Positions 50,151 to 63,224 of a stretch of 64,000 bases of DNA are shown one piece after another. The DNA lies in assembly GCA_013239625.1 (NCBI GenBank), contig MU053881.1:4051957-4115956 (forward strand). Reading direction: 5' to 3'. A program made the translations under genes and the position numbers. Source of the DNA: Lama guanicoe (Eukaryota). The notes under the pieces are model-generated. The model was not told the origin of the DNA. It was given only the letters and a program-made list of their open reading frames with translations, and did no database searches. How positions within the stretch are numbered: the first letter of the stretch is position 1; every line of letters begins with the position of its first letter.

Positions 50151-52429
50151 AAGATTCCACCACAGGTCTCTCTTCTGGAAAGTCACACAGCTGGTGCTAG
50201 CCCCCTAGACATTCTGGAGGAGAGAAAAAAGAGACTATTGCTTTAGCATTTGTAAAGAATTTCAATACATGTTACCTCGTTTTTCTTTCCATAACAACCC
50301 CATGTTAGCTGGTATTTCATCATTTTAACAGATGAAGAAATAGGCACAGAGAGGTTGTGTAACTTGCCTGAAGTCACACAGGTCAGTCATGGTAGACCCA
50401 GGGTCCCTGGGAAACCTATGATTGGAGACACTCTCTGCAGTGCCCCTCTCTCTATGAACACTAATTTTTGCCCTCTGTTATTAACTCACCTGGACTCGGG
50501 CACCCTCCCAAGGTATTCACAGCCTGGTGGGGGAGATGGACTCGGATGGATACCGAGTTGTACTTGTTATTGGTGCTGTCGTTTTCTGTCCAGCATCCAA
50601 TCATTTTCTCTTAGGTCACAGTCCTTGATTTCCCTTTGAAGAAGCAACCTTTTCCCCAGTGCTCAGACCTTGTGGCTTGGTAGCGCTGCCCATATCCTCC
50701 CAGGGTAGCCATGTGATCTTGGCTTGGTCAGTTGAAGTCATAGTAGTTGGGTCAGTTCAGGCACCCGACTGAGCCAGGCCAGCAAGCACCAGTCCTGGGA
50801 TTTTTTTCTGGAACTTTTGGGGAAAAGAATTTCCCTTTCTTGAAGTCATTGCTTAGCTGGTGAAATATAAGGTCACAGTTACTGGTAGCTATGTGAGAAT
50901 GAGCCTAATAACCCAATAAAGCAATTTCTCATTGAGCTTGCTTAGCACCTGGATCAAGCCATGCCTGAAGGTGGATCTCCTTGTGTTCAAGCCAGTCAGA
51001 GTCAAGCTTCGAATACTTGCAACTGAAAGATTCCCAGTGAGTACTAGAAGTTTGAGTCATTACTATCCCATGCAGTAGGAACACACAGCACAGGGCCTCA
51101 CCATTTGAAGGCCAGGAAAGCTTCATAGAGGAAAGGACATTTGAGGTAGAACTTAAAGGATGAATATGAATTCTTGGGCTGATCTCTAGGTGATGGGAGT
51201 AACATGGACAACAACACTGACATGGGATTAGGTAGGCCCAGTATTGCTTGACCACAGAATGAGGGATTAGGGTGTAAAGAGGGAGAAAGGGGACCCAGAG
51301 TCCCTGTACAAAGGGCTTTGAGAGGGCCACACCAAAGAGTTTGAACTTTATTTTGTAGGCAGTAAGTTCTCATTCAAGAACTTTCAGTAGGGGAGGCTGA
51401 GTTTCCGAATTAACAAACTGCTCTTTAGAAACCCTCCTGGAACCAGTGATCCTGGCCGCCTCCTTCCTGGAGTCCTGTCATCTCTGTGGGCGGACCAGCC
51501 GCCCTCATCCCCACTGCAGGCTGCAGCTGAATGGCGTCGGCATAATTAAGCCATGCTGGGCAAAATTCCAGAAGAGACTCAGCCAAGACCCTGGAAAACT
51601 GAGATTCTATGTGAATCTCAAATTTCTTTCAGACTCAGGAATTCTCCTCTTGTTCATTTCCACCTCAGAAACAAAGCATAGCTCATCTATAGTAACAGGC
51701 TCGGTGTGTTGTGGGCTGTGGGGTTTGGAGGGGGTGCTACAGTGGTCCCTTCAGCAATGCCTATGGGGCTTCCTTGCAGGTGTGGCTCAAGGACTCAGAA
51801 GAGGAGGTGCCCACTTCGGCTGCCTCCCTCTTGACAAAGGAAGAAGCAGGGAGCAGGGCTGAGCCAGGAGGAGGAGGAGGAAATGCTGAGATTGCCCTCA
51901 AGGCAAACGATGTCTTCCTGAACATCTTAATTGTGCAAAAAGGCCTGATCTCATCCTGGCTGGGAGGAGGACACTGGCTGTGAGAGTCAACTCGGAACCC
52001 GCCGTGGGTACCAGGATAGCCCCACACCCTCGGAGTTTAATGTCCACAGACAGATGCCTGTGCTCACTGCCTGGGAGAGGGGTGTGGGCAAAGCCTGAAG
52101 CCAGGAATTAAGATGTGACCCTCGCCCTGCCTACGGGCGCCTGTGTGCCCTGCTCCCTCCCACCCCACGCCCACCAGCTCACAGCATTGCTGCCAGGCTG
52201 GCTCTGAACCTGCCCGCAGCCCACACGCCAGCTGGATCTCGGGGCAGGTGGCCACTGAGCCTGAGAAAGAAACTACCCACAATAGCTGGGGCCTGATGCA
52301 GCAGCAAGGGCCAGTGGGCTGAGCGGGAAGACACTAACTGTACCTGACAAACTTGGTACCTCTGTTGTTTTCTTCACTTGTTGCTCACTTTACCTGAAAC
52401 CTCTTTTCTCCCAGAAATTCATATACGCT

Positions 52430-52590
52430 CTTCTCCTCCTCCATCCCCTCCTCCATCCCCTCCTCCTCCTCCACCCCCTCCTCCATCCCCTCTTCCTCCT
52501 TCATCCCCTCCTCCATCCAGTCCTCCATCTCCTCCTCCATCCCCTCCTCCATCCCCTCATCCATCCCCTCCTCCTCCTCCATCTCCTTGC
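52430..52590. repeat. Pyrimidine-rich (CCTCCTCCATCC)n-like simple repeat
   Basis: Directly visible degenerate 12-mer/CCT array. Confidence 0.9.
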
Positions 52591-52671
52591 TGACTGCTGC
52601 CTGGAGGTTGCTCTTAGCTCCTAAAGGCTATTCTCAGGTTCATGTCGTGTGACACCCCCATAGGCCCTCTC

Positions 52672-52897
52672 AATATATATATAATTGAAGTATAGTCAAT
52701 TTACAACGTTCTGTTAATTTCTGGTGTACAGCACAGTGACTCATGAATGTGTGTGTGTGTGTGTGTATTCCTTTTCATAGTCTTTTTCCTTTATAGGCTA
52801 TTATAAGGTATTGAATACAGTTCCCTGTGCTGGACAGTAAGATCTTGTTGTTTGTCTATTTTATACATGGTAGGTAGTTAGTACTTGCAAATCCCAA
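52672..52897 (-). mobile_element. L1 3' end with (TG)n
   Basis: 'aattgaagtatagtcaatttacaacg...gaatacagttccctgtgc...ttgcaaatcccaaa'. Confidence 0.8.
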
Positions 52898-54093
52898 AAC
52901 ACATGTATACTTCACAACTCACTTATTAATGCTAATTCCCCACACTAGACATGAGTTCTATGACGGCAGGGATGTGTGTGAGCTTCCCCAGCACCTAAAA
53001 CGGTACCTGATGCGCGGTAGTAGCTGCATAAATGGTAATTCAACAAATGTCGATAGGGATTAAGAAAGTCTTCAAGAGACACGTTCTAACCTTAGCATCT
53101 GTTAGGTGTTCAGCTTGGATCCAGGCGCCTGGCCACTTCGGGCTCAGCTTTCTCATCTACCCGTGGGAGGTGGTTATCATAGGATCATGGAAAGGAACCC
53201 TGTGCTTAGGGTCAGGTAGCAGGGCAAAGGCTCCATCTCCACCCCATCAACGAGTATGTTTCCATCCAGGTCCTGCTACGTGGCCTCCCTGCTGTGTGAT
53301 CTTGGGCGAGTAACTTGCCCTCTCTGAGCTTCAATTGCCTCCTCTGAAAAATGAGGCTCAGAACCCCTACTTCAAAGGGTTGTGGTAAGAAGAGATGAGC
53401 ACACAGTACAGTCACAGCTCTTTGAAAGGACACTTTTTTTTAAACCATCCCTTCTGATGAAAGAAGGAATGTTTATTCAGGGACTGAAATTTACCTGCAG
53501 ACCTGGACAGAACAGCACTTTTACGGCCTCACTCCTCTTGCTTTTGGGACAAGAAAGGCAGTTTATGGTGCAAGAACATTTCCACTCAGTTCTTTTAATT
53601 CTTCCTTGCAAGACTCTGCACAGAATCACTCAGACCGTAAACAGAATTGAACAAATGACCAAGGCGATTTCCCATGGCACCCCGGCCGCCCATTCACCTT
53701 TGCACAGTGTTCGCATTTCTCCAACCATCCCATGGTGTGTTGTTCTTGGGAACCTAAGGTCGCGGGTGGTCCAGCCCACGGGTATTGATGCGCTGAAAAA
53801 AAGTCACTAATTATTCACACCGGTGTTTGTTCCTGACCAAACAGTTACCAGTCGATGTGGCTTCAACCTACCTCCCAAGATGCACCTGTTTTTTTGCCAG
53901 CTATGCCCATTTAATATGCCAATTTCAAAATGCATTCATTATTGTTGTTGCAATTTAAGCCCTAAATCCCAGTTCCCTCAGGGACCAAACTGGAGGTGTG
54001 ACTAGTACAACTTGCCAGATGTGAAACAGCAGGGCTCAGTGGGGCCTCTGATAAACTGGGGGCCCAGGTCCCCTCTGAGAGAGGCAGCTTCCC

Positions 54094-54549
54094 TAAAAAA
54101 GAATGAAATAATGCCATTTGCAGCAACATGGATACACTTAGAGATTATTACGTTAAGTGAAGTAAGTCAGATAAAGACAAATATCATATGATATCACTTA
54201 TATGTGGAATCTATAAAAAGATACAAATTGTACTTACAAACCAGAAATAGACTCACAGACATAGAAAACAAACTGTGGCTGCCAAAGGGGAAAGAGGGGG
54301 AGGGATAAATTAGGAGTTTATGATGAAAAGGTACGCATTACTATATATAAAACAGATTAACAACAAGGACCAACTGTACAGCACAGGGAACTCTATACAA
54401 TATCTTGTAATAACCTACAATGAAAAAGCATCTGAAAGTGTATACATATGTCTGTATATGTGTAACTGAAGCAATTTGCTGTACACCTGAAACTAACATC
54501 GTAAATCAACTACACGTCGATAAAAAATATAATTATAAAATAAACAAAG
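54094..54549 (+). mobile_element. 5'-truncated L1 (ORF2 tail and 3'UTR)
   Basis: 'gaatgaaataatgccatttgcagcaacatggat...'; TSD gaggcagcttccc (54081-54093 / 54550-54562). Confidence 0.9.
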
Positions 54550-54564
54550 GAGGCAGCTTCCCCT

Positions 54565-54865
54565 TGCTGGAAGTTTCAGTATCTACAAAACAGCTCAAAG
54601 GACATGGCTCGGAATATTATCTCTATTATCTGTCGCCCTTGAGGAGGAAATAAAGGTCCTTGAATTCGTCTAATGACTAAAGTATTATTATTTTGTTTTG
54701 CTTGAGTATTTCGTTTTGTTTCTGCATTTTCTTATTTCTCTGATTAAACTTATTCTTTGACTGAAGTTTTTCTGTAGACAAGAGGCAGGCAGAGGACATG
54801 GTGGTGTTGTGGGGATGGGTGGGGGTCTGTCCTGGGAAGGCCCCATAGGGTCCTGCTCCGTTTAG
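54565..54865 (-). mobile_element. ERV1-like LTR fragment related to 39325-39943
   Basis: Reverse complement 'aaacggagcaggaccctatggggccttcccaggac...cctcctcaagggc' parallels the start of the 39325 LTR. Confidence 0.55.
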
Positions 54866-55810
54866 GAATGGAGAAAATGACAACAATGCTATTTTCGAGA
54901 CTCAGCCAGTCGGCATATACTTAGCCCAGCTTCTGGCACAGATGAGATCCCCAGAAAATGGCATTATTGTTATCCATTGTGGAGAATGCAGACTTTCAGC
55001 TGGACATTTGGAGGGTCCCCAGGGTCATCAGAGCCACCTGTCTGATTTGAATGAGGGCTTCCCGGGTAGGAAGTGAGTGCCGGATCTTTCACGGATACCC
55101 ATCCTGGACTTACTTCTTGTAAGAATAGGAAACAGACCCACTCTCCGCCAGTGGGTTCTGGTCCCCCAGCCAGATGAAAAGTCTTCCTTTCCTCGTGACT
55201 CTGTGCTCGCAGGATGGGGGCCAGTAGGTCTATACGCGGTAGGAAATTGAAGTGAAATGTTTATCTGCCCTAAACCCAAATCCCCTTGTCCTTGTCTGGG
55301 GACGCCTTATCAAGGGAGACACCAAAAGTAAATCTGCAGAGCGAATTTTCTTTTCATCCTCTAGCTGTTTCCTTTTGGCTTCGGTCAGAGTCGGCAGAAT
55401 TGGCTTGGGTTTCCAGCCAGAATCAGAAAGCACATGAGCACACATACATAACAACGTTAGTTTCCACATCATTTTAACTGCTCAGCTTGTAAATCCCCAG
55501 CTTCTAACTTTGTACCACCTGCTCCCTTCCTACCAGTAAACTCGGAATCCAGGACAGTTCAGCAGACGCTCACGGAGCACCCATCCAAACCCAGGGCGAC
55601 TGGTTGCGGCAGGGAGATTCAGGGACAGTTCCCCACAAGCCCCTGCCCTTAAGGAGTGCCCGGTCTCCCGTGGCTCAGATAGGTCACTCCTCTGCTTCAA
55701 ACCTTCCATGGTGTCATGGAAACAGCCAGCTGTCCAAATCAGTTTCCTTGTTTTCCTGGGAGCACAGCTGAATCACATTTCCCTGTCTCCTTCGCAATGA
55801 AGTGTTACCA

Positions 55811-56455
55811 TGCATTCTGGGTTGAATGGTGTCCCATAAAAACTTATATGTTGAAGGCTCTTTTTTTTTAAATTTTTACTTTATTTTATATTTTCTATTT
55901 TTTAACTTTATTTATTTATGTATTTATTTTACAATTTCTTATTTCTTAAATTGAATGATAGTTGATGTATAATATTACATGATACAGGTACACAATATAG
56001 TGATTAACAATTTCTAAAGATTATACTCCATTTATAGGTATTATAAAATATTGGCTATATTCCCCCATGTAGTATAATATACCCTTGTAGCTTGTTTTGT
56101 ACCTGATAGTTTGTATTATTTTATTTTTTGATGGAGGTACCAGGGATTGAACCCAGGACCTCATGCATGCTAAGCATGCCCTCTACCACTGAGCTATTTT
56201 TCTCTGCCCATTATGTGTGTTGAAGCCTTAACTCCCAAGACCTCAGAGTGTGACCTTATTTGAAAATAGGGTGGTTACAGGTGTATGACTGGTATCCTTA
56301 TTAAAAGGGGAAATTTGGACACAGACGTACATGCAGGGAGAATGCCACGTGGAAGATGGAGCCAGAGACTGGGTGATGCTTCTTGAATCCAAGGCACAAC
56401 GAAGACGGCCGGCAAACCACCAGGAGCTGGGAGACGGGACCATGGACACACGCAT
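55811..56455 (+). mobile_element. MLT1-type LTR hosting an L1 3' end (55861-56115, -) and a vic-1 SINE (56116-56209, -)
   Basis: 'gggttgaatggtgtccc...atgttgaag' resumes as 'gttgaagccttaactcccaagacctcagagtgtgaccttatttgaaaataggg'. Confidence 0.8.
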
Positions 56456-57399
56456 TCATGTCTGAATAGAGCAGAAATAGTGGTCTCAGTAAATAATACT
56501 GACCTGGATAATCTTTTAAAATCTTGTATTTTCTATTCTACTCCAAACTATTTTAAAATGCTGATCTCTTATACCAAGTGAATTTCACAGTAACTACTGG
56601 GTTGTGACCCAGAATTTGAACCTCTCTGTGGCCGCCCGTGGAACTCCTTTAGGTGGGCTCTGAGCCTTGCGAGGGTTGAGGAGGTGGGGATGACAGCCTG
56701 GATGAGGGCACAGCAGGGCAGACAGCCCAGGAGGAGAGGGCAGCAGCCCCGGGCAAGGGGCGTCTGCACAGGGTGGTGGATGTAGAAGGCGATTTACCTC
56801 CTTCTAAACCTCTCTCACTATGGAGGCTTCCTCATTAACCATATACCCTCCCACACGCCTTTCCCCACCCTCGCCTGGGGGCCCTCTCTCTGCCCTGGAG
56901 AATGATGTCTCCTGGGAGACATACCTCAGGATGAAGGGTTCCCCTGTGCCCTCTCGGGCACGGCCTCTCCGAGCCCCCATGTGTGCGTCTGTGCAGTGGG
57001 CACAAGACCCCCGCCTCCCTCTGCAGGGTGCATCTGTGAAGAGCTGGTGAATGACACATTTGGAAGGGCTTTGCCATCTGTGAAGAGGCTCGGTGGTGAC
57101 AGGATAACTGGAGATGGTGGGGATGATGGCATCGCAGACCAGCTGCTGGCAAAGTCCCTGCAGGGAGCTGGGAACCCAGAAGAGCCAGGTATGGGTGCAG
57201 GGCTGTAGGGAGAAAGAATTCTCTCATTCCTTCACTCCCCCCTGCTCCTCCCCCCTCTCCTGCTTATATGTGAGTTTGGATGTGATTCAGAGGAAAGGGG
57301 ACAGAGTTTGCTCCCAAGAGGTTCCCCGGTCCTCCCAGACAACAGCTTCGGTCTCCCAGTGCCTCCTTCGCCAAGGCAGGGCCTAAAGCAGCCTCTCCA

Positions 57400-57634
57400 C
57401 CGCCCCGCCCCCAGTCCCCGCAGCCAGCCCTGCTCCCTGAGCAACGGGGAATAAATCCGCAGCCTTCAAGAGCTAGAATTCTCCCATTCTTGCTGGCACC
57501 CGGTTCCCATGGCAACCGGAAGCTCTCCTTTGCCACCTTCGGGAATGTCATTAGGTTGTGAGGGGGAGGCGGCAAACAAAGGGAGGATGTCAGGCTTCGG
57601 CAGCAGCTAAGAGGGCTGCTCCGTGGGGCGGAAG
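57400..57634. promoter_or_regulatory. Candidate RFX/ETS/Sp-KLF regulatory element
   Basis: X-box GTTCCCATGGCAAC (57503-57516), CCGGAAG (57516-57522), GC boxes (57400-57412, 57625-57631); locally CpG-richer and non-repetitive. Motif evidence only. Confidence 0.5.
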
Positions 57635-57650
57635 CTCTTTTTGTAGCAGG

Positions 57651-57700
57651 TTTTTTTCTTTCTTTCTTTCTTTCTTTCTTTCTTTTTTTTTTGTCTTTCC
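57651..57700. repeat. (TTTC)n / poly-T microsatellite
   Basis: Directly visible. Confidence 0.9.
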
Positions 57701-59034
57701 TCTTAAATAAAATATACAAGCCATTTCATTACATCAAACCAACGAAAGCTTTTCTTTTCTAAGGGAAAAAGCGAAACTAATAAAATGTACTCCAGTGCCC
57801 TGCCAAGGAACTGGGAAATAGATGCGCAGTTGCAAGGAGAGCAGCGAGACGCTAACAATAGGGACTTCTCATGCTCCATCACATCGAACCCTGCCCACCA
57901 CCACTTTTAGGGGTGAGGAAGCTGAGGCTGAGGAAGACCAACAGCCCATCTCGGGTCACTGAACCCATAAGGGGAAGGGCAGGGATGCGAGCCCATCTCA
58001 GCGCCCTGCTCAGCGCTGGGTGTGCCTGGGAAACAGTGCTCAGGTCGTCAGCCCCAGATTTAAGAGCCTGGTGCCCTGTGGGAGCAGGGAAGGGATGCTG
58101 GAGATCTCACTTGCTCTCCGCCACCACCCAGGTGTGCCGACACAAACCTGGGAGCTGCCCAGACCCCCAGGCGTCTCTGGAATCCACTCCCATACCATCC
58201 TCCAGCAGGGCGACGTGAGCCTCCTCTGTTCCGGTCTCCCAACTTCCATCTCTCCATCCCAGTCCCCTCTTCACTGAGGCCAGAGTCTACAGAAATACAG
58301 TCTGACCATGTTGTCCCACCTCTATTTAGACAGCACAGGATAATGTCCAAGCTCCTTAGCATCAGCCTCAGGGACCCCCATGATGGGTCCACGACTGCCC
58401 CTCCAGTATGTTGGTTGGTTGATTCCTCTGCCTGGAATAGAACCCTTCCCTACGAGCCACATAAAGTCCTGGTTGAACACCCAGCTTCAGCCTGAGGCGG
58501 CTCTCCTGTGAGAGCTTCCCTGATTTCTGGTCCCAACCACCTCCGTGCAGATTTAAGTCCATCCTTTTTCTCAGCCCTTGAAACATTTAGACTCATAGTA
58601 CTTACTTCACATACTGAAATCTCGTACTTACGTATCCGTCTATGTGGCTAGATGGCAAACACTTTGAAGACAGAGACTACATCTGGTTCATCACAGTAAT
58701 TTGAGCACGTGGTAGATACTCAGGAACTTTTCGATGATTAACTGGTACACGTGCACACCCACATGCACAGATGGACAGTGGCAACAAGAGAGCGTGCAAA
58801 TGTGATTAAAAGTTGTTTTAAGCTAAACCAACAAGGGATGGTGCCAGGATGGGCTACTTTTCAATTTGAAAATCTCTTCAGAGTTGTCAGAACATGAATT
58901 GTGAGGCCTGAGCTGATGCTGAACCAATGGCCGGGCTCACAGCGTGGTTACCAGGCGAGCCCGAGGGTTAACAGCACCTTGTCTTATTAAGGATGTACAT
59001 CATTAACATCTTCAGCCAGTCCACCCACTAAAAG

Positions 59035-61160
59035 AAAAATCGATGGTCTTAAATGCATTTATTAGAAAACCACAAAGATTGACAAGAAAAGGACTTAGCA
59101 TGCATCTCAAAAAGGCAGAAAAGAACAAAATAACTCACTCTCTGAACTAAAATAAGCAATGAAGAAAGATGATAGCAGAAATTCATAAAATAGAATAGGA
59201 ACAGAACAAAATCAGTAGATTTGATCAATGCAGCCGAAGAGGCTCCTTTGAAAAGACCAGTATAATAGACAACTTTCTGGCAATGCTTATCAGGAAAATC
59301 AGAGAGAAGATATTAAAAAATAACTATGGAAACAAGAGATGACAAGGAACTACAGACAAGAGTGGTACGAAAAATGTGTTTAGGAAATGGGAGGTACAAC
59401 TTAATTTCAATGAATGTAAGCATCCAGATGAAATGAAAAACTTCTTGGGAGAATATAAATTATCAAAATTGATTCGAGAAGAGGTAGAAAATGTAAATAA
59501 ATCAATAAAGAACAAATTAAGAAGGTAACCAAAGGACCACTTCTTAAAAAGGAAATAAACTCGAGTGATTTATGGTGAGTTTCACCATTTTTTCAAAGGT
59601 CGATGTTATCTGTGACACATAAACTGTTCTAGAGCATAGAATAAGGTGGAAGTCATTTTTCCTTTGGCTCTGAACAAAACCGTGACATCAAAACTGAAAA
59701 AGGAAAATAGTGGGCCATATTCGCTCTGAAACATAGATATAAGCATGCTGAAAAAATATTAGCAGAGCAAATATACAGGTATATTAAAATCATAATGCAA
59801 GGATATTTTACTATTCAGTGTCAGAACAATCAATATATTCTGGCACCTTAAAAGATCAGAGAATAAAAAATATATGATTTTTCAATAGACGTTTCAAAAG
59901 CACATGGTAAAATTAAACACCTGTTTCTGCTGAAATAAAGCCATAACTTGAGAGTTGATATTTACCAAACATCAGACATGCTGGTGAACTAGAGAAGTAG
60001 TCCCTCTTAGGACCTGAGCAAGGTCAGGATGCTGTCTGTATCGCCCTGCTATGTAACCTTTTACTCAACATCCTGCCGATGCAATAAGGAAAAAATAGAG
60101 GAATAAAACTTCAAAGAAAGAAAATTGTCATTATTTGTAAGCAATATTGTCATAGCCCCAGAAAATCAGCTCAGGAAAAGAACAGAACTAGTAAGAGACA
60201 TCAGTAAAGGCGAAATAGGTAGATATCTACAAAACATTAAAAATATGAATAATTTCCTTTACTACGTAATAGTCAATTATAGAACAGAATTAACATTTTC
60301 ATTCACAACAAAAAAAACCCCATACATACAAAAGCTAGGAATAACCCTAATACGAACTGTGTAAGACCTAAATGAAGAAAGTTATTAAACTTTATGGAAT
60401 GAACGTTAACAACAGTGAGAAGTGCTGAATAATGGAGAGACATGCCTTAATCCTGGATGGGAAGATGGACTGTAAAGTCATCAATTCTCTCCACATAATC
60501 CTCATGTTCAATGTCATCCCAGTCATAATTTGAGCATGATTTTTAAGGAAATGTAAATAAGTAGACTTGCCATTAAAAAGCATAAAAATTACTAGGAAAA
60601 TTCCAAAATGAACACTGATACAAAATTTGCTGTATACCACATAAAAAACCATACTATAAAGCTACAGTATATAAAACAGTGTGTTTTGTGGCTCAGAAAT
60701 AGACGATCAATGAATAGAATAAAATAGAAATTTTATAAATGAAACTATACACATTTAAGAATTCACTTTATGATAAACATGTGACCAACTCAATATTTTA
60801 TTCCCAGTTGGAAAAAATTTAGGGACTATAATCATTAAAAAGTAATGAAAGTGGTACTTACTGACACAGAAGGATTTCCAATACACATTGTAACCTGAAA
60901 AATGGTTAAGTCACAGAACCATATGCATACAGTAATTCCATTTCTAATATAAGATGCAAGTACATTTGTACATGTTTGAATGTAAATGCATAGAAAAGAG
61001 TCCAGGAGATGGATGTGAAACTGTTTACAGTGTATACTTTTGGGGAAGAAACAGGAATGGGGAGGGGGTGTGGAGAAAGTTCTCATTTTAATCTATATTG
61101 TTCTGTATTATTTTAATCTTTCATGTTGAAAGGATATTCATAAATTTTTAAAATTTTATG
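59035..61160 (+). mobile_element. Ancient, degenerate L1 (L1ME/MD-like) ORF2 and 3' end
   Basis: A-rich sense strand; 'SLFVSNIVIAPEN' at 60125 resembles RT 'SLFADDMIVY.EN'; 'KLGITL' resembles 'YLGINL'; many stops and frameshifts. Confidence 0.75.
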
Positions 61161-63224
61161 CATTCAATAATAATTGTCCAGGAGAATAAAAAGGGAAAAA
61201 CAATTGGGTCATACACCACGGGAAAGATCCTGGGTGCTTGCAAAATAGACATGGAGCTTTGGGGATGCTCAGCGAACTCTGAACTCATCCTCTGATGCGC
61301 CAGGCTTGCCCACTGTCTTCAGACACAGTCCATTCTGTGTAGAGCCAGTTCCACCGCTCTGTCTGGGCCAAGTTCAAGAGCTGTCCCCTTGAATTTGGCC
61401 CTCACTCTGATGACGGTCCAGTTCCAGGAACTGCCTTCAGCCATGGACTTCATTCTTCACTCCCTAGCTTTATCTCCTCACTCCCAAGCCAGAGCTGGCT
61501 TATCCAGCCTAATGCGGGAACCCAGATCTTCCCACTTGAAATGTGCAGGAGGTGGATGCCAAGGCCACGGCGCTGGTGCACCGGAGTCACAAGCACCACG
61601 TTCCAAGGAGAAGCAGAAGCAAGAAGTGGCAACCTCCGAGCCTCCATCGTTTCTCATCACTCTCTGGCCTTTTGTGTCATGATTATTTTCACACATCAAG
61701 TGATTTCCCACTAGAATGAGGGAGAGCAGGGACTTGATCTTGTTTACTGTTCATTCTATCCCCAGCACCGGGAAGCCTGCCTGGCTCCTGGTAGGGACTC
61801 AGTAAACTCATTGGGTGGGCTCAGGAAGTCACGTGGCCTGTCTTTACATCCATCAGGTGTGATCAGTTTCAAACTTTGGAGACAGGGAAGCTCAGCAGAT
61901 AGCAAAGGAGTAGCTTCCTCTGATTTCTGACCTGTCAGTGTCGGGTGCAAGATGCCCTTCGACTTCTGGGTAGACAAGTCTCCTTTCCTCTCCCCAGAAG
62001 TTTTCAACAAACCCTGCACCACCTTATCTTGTAGGCCTCAGGCCATTTTCCTCCTTAGAGCCTGACTTTCCAATTCCTGAATAACAAAATCCCCAAATCC
62101 CCGTGTCAAGGACAAGTCAGGAGTCTGCAGCCGGCACCGGTCCTGGCTTCTGGGACTGCAGTCACGGAATTTGCATTTTTCCACGAGCTTGATCTCATAA
62201 ATTTCTCCTGCGGAGGATTCATCGGACTAAAGATTTTCTATATCTCCTTTCCACAACCAAACTCAAGGAGAATTTCTAATTTTCTGCCGAGGCCCAGTAC
62301 TCAGCGGGCTTCTTTTCCAGGGTTTTGCTTCACCAAAAATATTGATTTCTTGAAGAAAAAAGCCACAATCGATCCAGCTTTCCCAAAAGCTTTAATGAGC
62401 AGAGTTTCTGCCAGGCTGAGCCAGTAGGGCTTGCTTCCCAGCAGGGAGGGAGGAGGACTTTGTCACAGCACACAGCCCTACGTGGCTCCCCAGGAGGGAG
62501 ACAAACAGGTACCTTATTAAATGGCTCACCTGTCACTGAGGCAAGAGCTCTGGACAAGGCCGCCTGAGGCTGGAGAACAGAAAGTCCCCTGTAGGGAGAA
62601 GAAAAGCAGTTCCTTTGCCACCTGCGAGGCAGTGGGAATGAGGGCTAACTTCCCTGGGCCTCAGTCTCCTCATCTATGAAATGGTCATCATCACGCTCCC
62701 CTCCGGCTGTTCCGGGACCGTTACCAGAGAGGATGATGAGATGTGGCCAGCCCGGACCAGGTGCCCAACAACAGCTTCCTTTCTTTTCCCTCTGGACTTT
62801 CTATAAGCCTCCTCCACTAAGAAAATGAGCCTTCACACAGTTTTGGTGTGTTTTGTTTGTTTATTTTGTTTTGTAATCATGTGAAAGTCCAAAGGCTCAT
62901 GGTGAGCATGGACTTTGCACTTAGCATCGGGCCAGAGCAGCTCAGGGATGGTAAAGAAAGTCAAGCAGCATCTGCTGCCTGGGAAGAGTTGATAATTTGC
63001 TTGAGAACTTAAAAGGGAATATTTGCCAGCGATGGGTACCCCATCGAGGCAGTTTTTATCCCAAAGCCCTGTGGGCAGAGACCGGCACTGACCAGCTGTT
63101 CCACGTGGACCATCGCTAAGCCCTTGAAGCCTGCCTCTGTGTCTGTGGAACTGACTTTTTGATATCCACCTTCTGGGGTTTTGGTGGGGATTTTAAAAAG
63201 CATAAATAAAATGATGTAGGTGAA

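Noticed and set aside
51771..51983. Possible coding exon after 'ttccttgcag|g' (VWLKDSEEEVPTSAAS...)
   Set aside because: No recognisable protein similarity, an in-frame stop before any convincing donor site, and no partner exons.
52378..52593. Proline-rich and glutamate-rich ORFs
   Set aside because: They are translations of a simple repeat.
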